From NCBI RefSeq assembly GCF_009914755.1, contig NC_060934.1: a DNA stretch of 64,000 nucleotides, one strand, 5' to 3'. A program made the translations under genes and the position numbers. This document shows, piece after piece, positions 57,144-64,000 of this stretch; the first letter of the stretch is position 1; every line of letters begins with the position of its first letter. The notes below the pieces were generated by a model. It saw only the letters and a list, made by a program, of their open reading frames with translations. It ran no database searches and was not told the DNA's origin. The DNA is from the human T2T-CHM13v2.0 reference genome, Homo sapiens.

Positions 57144-57922
57144 ATTATTTTCCAGAAATTCCTGGAGTGAGTGTAAACATAAAACAAAGAGACTTCGCAA
57201 CTGATTCTTGACCAACTTCTTTTAAAGGAGTTCCTAATAATGTCATTAATAAAAATTACAAAAAAAAAAAACCCTAAATGGGCTTCTGAAACAAATAATT
57301 ACTGTGAATTTTTAAAAATAACACAGGACCTATTTTGAGTCATTCACTATTGATAAATCAGGTAGTTACTGAGTTAAAATATGCTGAAATTCATATGAAA
57401 AATAAATAGTAAAGCCAACACAATTTATTCAGATTTTTTATGAAATGTTTATGTTTAAATTCAGGGCTTAGGTGAAAGTCAGAACATGAAACGTTTTACT
57501 GATTGTAGATGAAGTGAAAGAGATTGTTATCCCCATGCCATAAAGAAAGAGACAGGCATGTCTGACTCCTGTTTATTTTAACTTTGGTACTGAAAACAAT
57601 TCAAGTTCTGAAACCATGTTCGTGTTACATGTATCGGACAAGGGGAAATTATACGTTACATACAGAAGAGCTCATAAAGGATAATAACCTAAAAAAGTCC
57701 AATAAAGTATAGTTGTAGAACATAAAGCAGGCAATTAAATGGGAGAATGGCTAATAAATATATAAAATATCTTGATATTTACTATGAATAAAATAATTGC
57801 ACATGAAAGCATAATTTAAAAAATACACAACTGTAGAATTTGTATATATACAAAAATATACCACAAAAATTATGCAAATAAAATTTGCAATTTTAAGTTG
57901 TATTTAAAAATACAGGTTTTCT

Positions 57923-58205
57923 GGCCAGGCGTGGTGGCTCACGCCTGTAATCCCAGCACTTTGGGAGCCAAGGCAGGCGGATCATGAGGTCAGGAGATGG
58001 AGACCAGGACTGGCTAACATGGTGAAATCCCGTCTCTACTAAAAATACAAAAAAATTTAGCTGGGCATGGTGGCAGATGCCTGTAATCCCAGCTACTTGA
58101 GAAACTGAGGCAGGAGAATCACTTGAACACAGGAGGCGGAGGTTGCGGTGAGCCGAGATCACTCCGTCACACTCCAGCCTGGGCGACACAGCGAGACTCC
58201 GTCTC

Positions 58206-58236
<31 letters not shown>

Positions 58237-58250
58237 CAAACAAAACAAAC
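57923..58250 (+). mobile_element. Alu (AluSc-like) with (AAAAC)n tail
   Basis: Full Alu; TSD aaatacaggttttct / aaacacaggttttct. Confidence 0.93.
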
Positions 58251-59290
58251 AAACACAGGTTTTCTGTGATAACACACATGCTGCAGTAATCCAACCAGAT
58301 AGTAAGACTTTCTATTTTCATAGTAGTTTCATGTGACACTGAGAAGAAATCTGGCTAAAATGTAAAATAAAATTATTAGATATGATTACAAATTCTACAT
58401 TTAATTTTATGAATTCTATGAAAACTACTAACATGTAGCAATTCTGATTCTTCCATAAATATATTAATATATATTTAATATCTCATAAAGCATTGTTTCA
58501 AAAGGACAAACATTGTAAAATGGTAGACTGGTTTCTCACCAGTGTTAAAAGCAATTTAGTCTTTGTCAAGTGCATCTATATTGGTGGTATAGACTTCGGA
58601 GAAATTTTATAAAACAACAAATTTTTAAATCCAAATTAAAATAAAAATATTGCTCATTGATTTCATAGCAGTAATAAAATAAAATGCACAAAACCATATA
58701 TGATATGAGATCCCCTTGCTATTATACGGCAGCTGCAACTAATATTAATTTCCCTTTTTGTAGCATCAAGTACTTGAACTTCTGGCTGAGCTCCCTAGTT
58801 AGAGATGTTACTAAACATCCACATATCTAGGTTTTTTTTTTTATGATGGTGCTTACTTTTTCTTTACTTTGTAATGTAGGGTTAGTTAATTGGAGGACAA
58901 CATATAGGGTAATTTCTTTTCTTGGAAGGATTTGGAAATTGATACTTACTGCTTTGAAATGGCTTTAGAAGTGTCAGGAATCTCTTAAGCTGGCAATTTT
59001 TCCTGAAGACATTTGTTTGAGAATATTTGCCAGCAAGTAAAATTGTAAAAGGATCTTTGGAGAAGAGCCACTTCAAGCTTTAATTTCACCAATGAGAAAC
59101 CTGAATGATTAAATTATTTAATAAATTTTACATATTTCAGACATCTTGTATCTCTATTCCAGATCTAGAGGCCAGGGTTATGTTCAACTCATCAATCTTT
59201 TCACTCTTCCACACACTCTATAGTATTATTATAGTTCTTTATCCAATATTGGCACTAACTGTATATTTTTCTTTAATAAACTTGGGAAAA

Positions 59291-59346
59291 TAGTAGAAAG
59301 CTGGAACTGGACCAATCTAGTAGAAAGCTGGAATTGGACCAATCTA
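59291..59346. repeat. 27-bp tandem duplication (1 mismatch)
   Basis: tagtagaaagctggaa(c/t)tggaccaatc x2. Confidence 0.95.
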
Positions 59347-60936
59347 CAGAGTACTTTCAAGAAACTGAAACTTGTAATAATTCAGTCATTTCATTCATTG
59401 CAGTCATTTCCACTTTTACAAATATGTGAGATAATTGTATTGTGGAATATGATAGTTATATATATTAATTTATGTAATAAAAACTATTTTTTGGCTACAT
59501 ATCTGACAGAATATAACATAAAAATAAAGCATTCATTACCAGAAAGCCACTGATAGGCAATTTCTGTTTCAATACCCGAGCAATTCTGATTCAATTGCAT
59601 ATTTTCTTATAAATTTCCTGAGTAAATGAGATACAATTCCATTAAACTTTGTTGTAATTTTGGTACTTAGGACTTTTAAAATATGTTGAAAAAAATCATC
59701 ACAGTGATTTACTATAGGGCATAGGGATACTTTATTTCTTTCCCAACATACTCTAATGAATTGCCAATTTCTCTTTATTTATATATTAATTTATATTGAG
59801 GTAGATATTTTATCATTTTCACTGGATGTGCAACTAATGATAGAGATGATATATGTTTGTGGATATCAGTAAAATTTTCCTGGTGAATTCTCAGGTTCTA
59901 TGACAACATTTAACAGTAAACATTTAGATTAGACATTTAGGTACATTACGATTCTTAGGTTTTATAAGATTTATTTATTTAATAAATAACTTGAATCTTA
60001 ATCCAAATATGTGGCACTTAAAGGTGTAACAGTCCTCATAGAATTTAGCTAGTAATAAAATAAAACAACACAACAGAAGACTGCAAAATTGAACTATAAT
60101 ATTAAAAGTTGGACCAAGGGGAAGGAAACAATACTAACAATGGGATTATCTTATAAGATAGCCCCTAAAGAATAAGAAACATAAATAAAGAAATGAGGAA
60201 ATGTTTCATTATTTTTTATTTGCTTAGAAAGGCAAAATATTTGAAAAAAAGTAGTGCTCATTTTTTTTTAGCTCAACATTAATTAATAGAATGAAAATAT
60301 GTGAAAGGGTTGTAGTCTTTTGTTAGATCAGTTTTACAAAAGTGGCTGCAATGCATGATGAGAATTTAAAAAGCTGCTTTTATTTTCTGAGAGCAGGAAG
60401 TCGGTGCATGCAGTGAAGGAGTGACCTCAACCATATGAGGCTATTGTTAGTATAAGGAATCATGAAATACATTAGGCTGTGTAAGTAAACACATTAAAAG
60501 TGAAAATAAAAGAAAAAAATTTTAAGTGTTTCAATATCAAAACAAAATAACACATGGCTTTCCTTCACTAAGACTCACCAGTCTTTGAGGCAAAGATGAA
60601 CTTATGAAATATAAAGAAAGGTCGCTCAAGCAGCCGAGCATCTTCATGAGACCGGACTGTAGCTGTGGTTTTAAATGAGGGCCTTTTGAGCCAGGACATG
60701 CTTTGCTTCAGTGCTCGGAAGAGCAACTTTGTTTGAAGGTGACCTAGGAAAAGACGCTATATAAAGAGCCCTGTTCTGTTAATGCTTCCAGAGTGATAAA
60801 GATATCAAAGTGCTAAAAACTTATTAGAAATTCAGTTCACTTTCAACTGCTCTACAAAATTTATATATCCTGCCATCAACAAAAGGATCAAGTGAATTGT
60901 GAAGATTTGGTACTTAGCCAACATGTAATCTTTGCT

Positions 60937-60939
<3 letters not shown>

Positions 60940-61015
<76 letters not shown>
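60940..61015. repeat. (TA)n(GA)n compound microsatellite
   Basis: Direct reading. Confidence 0.95.
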
Positions 61016-61019
<4 letters not shown>

Positions 61020-61123
61020 TTATTTCCCAGAGAAGCTCTCTTGTGTGACTGGATCAAGATCTATAATTTTAATGTTAATTGTGAAAAGGACATTAAGTTA
61101 TATTCTCAGAAATGTTAAGATGG

Positions 61124-61509
61124 TGTTAAAAGCAAAACCTTAGCTGAATTAAATTTAAAAGACTTTAATTGAGCAAAAAACAATTTGTAAATCGGGCAGC
61201 CTCCCAAGCCAGAGCTGGCTCAGAGACTCCAGCACATCTAGGTGGCAGAAGATTTATGGACAGAAATAGACAAGTGACATACATGGAACTGAGGTACAGA
61301 AACAGCCAGATTGGTTGTGGCCAGGTGTTTGCGTTGTTTAAACACGGTTTCAACAGTTGGCCATGTTTGATTGGCAAAAACTCTATTGTCACAAGAGTAG
61401 GCTACAGTGTGTTTATGACCCTAGCTTACAGTTCATGATGTACAGAGAAACCTTTAGGCTGAACTTAAAATATGCAAGGAGGCAGCTTTAGGCTAAGCTT
61501 GATTTAACC
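61124..61509 (-). mobile_element. MER57 (B-like) ERV1 solo LTR
   Basis: tgttaaaag...aatcgggcagcc...cctttaggctgaacttaaaatatg.aaggaggcagctttaggcta...ttaac; 4-bp TSD atgg on both sides; ATTGG (CCAAT) boxes. Confidence 0.85.
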
Positions 61510-63512
61510 ATGGTAAATTTTATTCTATGTGGTTTTACTATAGTAAATTAATAAATACAATATAAAGTTTAAATTATACATTTAAATATGTTGACTTTAA
61601 ACTATATTTTCCAATTATTGATGTATAGTGGAGACTTCTCTTTCAGTAAAAGTTCTTAGAAGTTACACATGATGCTTTGCCGTAACTACAATACATCATC
61701 TGTAGTTTCTGGTTCTATTTAAGTTTTCTTTAACTTAAAGACCTTTGCAAAGGAATTTTAATGACAAATAGTTTTAAATTTTACTTTTCCCCCTAAATAT
61801 TTTACAGTAATCTCATCTATATCAGATTTAACAGCAGCTTTTAATTTTTTTTCGGGGCTGAACAATTTAATATTTGAACTCCACTTAATTAATTGAACTT
61901 AGATTTTTAAGGAAACAAAAGCCATCATTTGTCAATTACATTTTTCATTCACATAACACTTTAATAAATTATGTAAGTAGTCAAATAATTCAACTTCAAA
62001 TATCATGGGGATTAAGTTTCAGCAGATGAATTTGTATAGGCCGTAGGACACAAATATTCAGTACTAGGAGTAAGAGAGAATTTATTATAGTTAGCCACAA
62101 AGTATAAACCTAAATTTCACCAAGAATGAGCATTTGATAACATTCTTAAATTTAATTGTCAATACACCCACCTTTTCCTTCTGTACTTTTCCTTCTGTAC
62201 TTTTAAAGTAATACCAAATCAGCAAACACACTTAAAGTTTTTACTTAGAAACATTATCTAATTAAAATTATTCAATTACAAAAGAAGAACCTCAATCTAA
62301 CATTTTTTTTCTAATTCAATAGATTTTTCTTTCTTTTTAATGCAAGAAATATTTGAATTTAAAAGTAGTGGTCTGCTATAGTTTGTACTTTTCAAATTTA
62401 GTAGCTGTCCATTAGTTTAACAAATGACTGATAATTCATGAATGTGTAAAATGATTTGTTCTACATGTCCTTACTATTTTTGTTATCTAAAAATGCCTTA
62501 GTCAGAAAAGACTGACAGTATGGGCGTAGGGTCTGAGCAAACTGATCCTTGACTTATTCTAATTTCATGGTTATTAATGTAGGTTGGCCAATCTTTGTGG
62601 GGGATTTTTTGTTTTTTATTTTTTGAATTATTTATTTTATTAAAGCCAAAATTGACAAAGCCTTCCACTCAAAGACCTTTATGAGATAAGGTCCACACTA
62701 CACGGAGGAAAAACAAAGAGAGTCGTACACAAATTGAGCATAATGGGGAGAATGGAGGTAAAGATCAAAAGAGTGTGGGTAGGGAGTGGGGCAGGCAGGA
62801 CATCAGAGCCAGGAGAAAACCACAGAAGAGGAAGTATGTGAGGTAGAAGAAGCTATTCTGAAGATAGCCTCCTCCAAAAAGTTTAGTAAAACTAAATTCA
62901 CATAAACTCAAGCCTCAGAAAAGTTTTTAAGTTAAAATCTCGAACAAGTTAATGTAAGTTAAAATAGAAAAAAAGAGCAGAAAGTAAGTGAAATGCTGTA
63001 GTTGGTGTGCTCTTTTATTCTACTTAGTTAATGGTTGCTGGTACTAAGCAATACCAATGATATATTCTTTCTGCCTCTACCTCTGCATGTTATATGCCTG
63101 TATTTCTATACCAGTAGTGTTTTTCTTAATGGTTACTTAGAATAAGAGTGTGAAGAAGACCAAAAAAATAAAAACTCAGCAAATGCATTTTTATTAACTA
63201 GGAAATAACTTACTTATAGTTAAAATTAGCTATTTCATGTATATCCTGAGAAATGTTAAAATATGAATCAAAGAGGACACCTTGTGTCGGTGAGGGGGAG
63301 GCTGCTCCCCAAATCCCTAATCCACTTGACTGTTAGTGTTTCAATTTCCTTTGAACAGAGGAAGAGGAGTCTGAATTTATTCATTCCCACTATTCGCAGT
63401 CTTTCCCACATTATACCTGCAACTGAATGCCTTGAATAATTAGATGCTACAAGGTCCAAGTCAATGTGGCAAGTCTAATCCATGAAAATACATAGTTTAC
63501 TTATCTGGTTTA

Positions 63513-63515
<3 letters not shown>

Positions 63516-63543
<28 letters not shown>

Positions 63544-63546
63544 AAA
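63516..63546. repeat. (TAAA)n
   Basis: Direct reading. Confidence 0.9.
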
Positions 63547-64000
63547 GTGAAAATACCCTGTGTGATTCTCAAAAAGTTCTTGATGGTACAAGTCAATACA
63601 ATCTCTATTTGTAAAACGTGTTCTTGACTCAAGATCGTATCTTTTATCAATTGCACAACTCCTTCCCAGACTCTTGTATGGGTTAATGCCTTAACCCTAC
63701 TTGACTAGGTTCTTTTTTTTCTCTTAGCTTACATTATTTTGTAATATAAACTATGTAAACTTTGGGTAATTTTATTTCTGCAAACTGAAAATCTTCCCCA
63801 CACCTCTCCACCTTACTGACTACAGCAACTCAGCACAGTGTTCAAATGTATGTATACTTTCAGGCCTAAAAATTATGTTATTTATATTTGGTCTTTATGC
63901 CAAAATTAATATATTGTTTTTTACATTACTATGTGTATAAACCTACATGGTACCATATTTTAAAAAATACAAAAATTTCTTATTATTTTTCTTATAGCTC

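Noticed and set aside
60892-61143. ORF with YIYI/RERE runs
   Set aside because: Translation of the (TA)n(GA)n microsatellite.
56264-62204. Short tandem duplications (56264-56297, 59291-59346, 62173-62204) as a CRISPR-like array
   Set aside because: Each has two adjacent copies, no spacers and unrelated units; these are ordinary slippage events in eukaryotic DNA.

Overview
This is primate (human-like) nuclear DNA. It is AT-rich, CpG-depleted and dominated by interspersed repeats, typical of a gene desert or a large intron. I see no intact protein-coding gene, RNA gene or CRISPR array, and nearly all ORF-track entries come from Alu, L1 or MaLR elements or from AT-rich noise. Main contents: (1) an old full-length L1 (L1PA15/16-like, 1080-8242, +) interrupted by an Alu and by a ~0.9 kb foreign insert that itself carries an AluY; (2) a full-length but dead L1PA2/PA3 (19959-26022, +, 14-bp TSD); (3) an internally deleted L1PA7-like element (40478-44288, -); (4) two complete MaLR proviruses (THE1A 16703-18972 and THE1D-like 26553-28860); (5) solo LTRs (MSTB, MER57, several MLT1), hAT DNA-transposon fossils (MER63, MER45, MER20, MER103, MER5) and about 10 Alus. 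Subfamily names come from recalled consensus motifs, not from an alignment. Best leads: the TSD placement suggests the deleted L1PA7 carried a ~1.16 kb 3' transduction; several templated-insertion scars (a 161-bp local copy, a ~0.9 kb capture without retrotransposition hallmarks, fold-back fillers); an unidentified ~1 kb decayed coding-like segment (30.55-31.56 kb); and a ~150-bp mRNA 3'-end retrocopy. I found no convincing new biological system.
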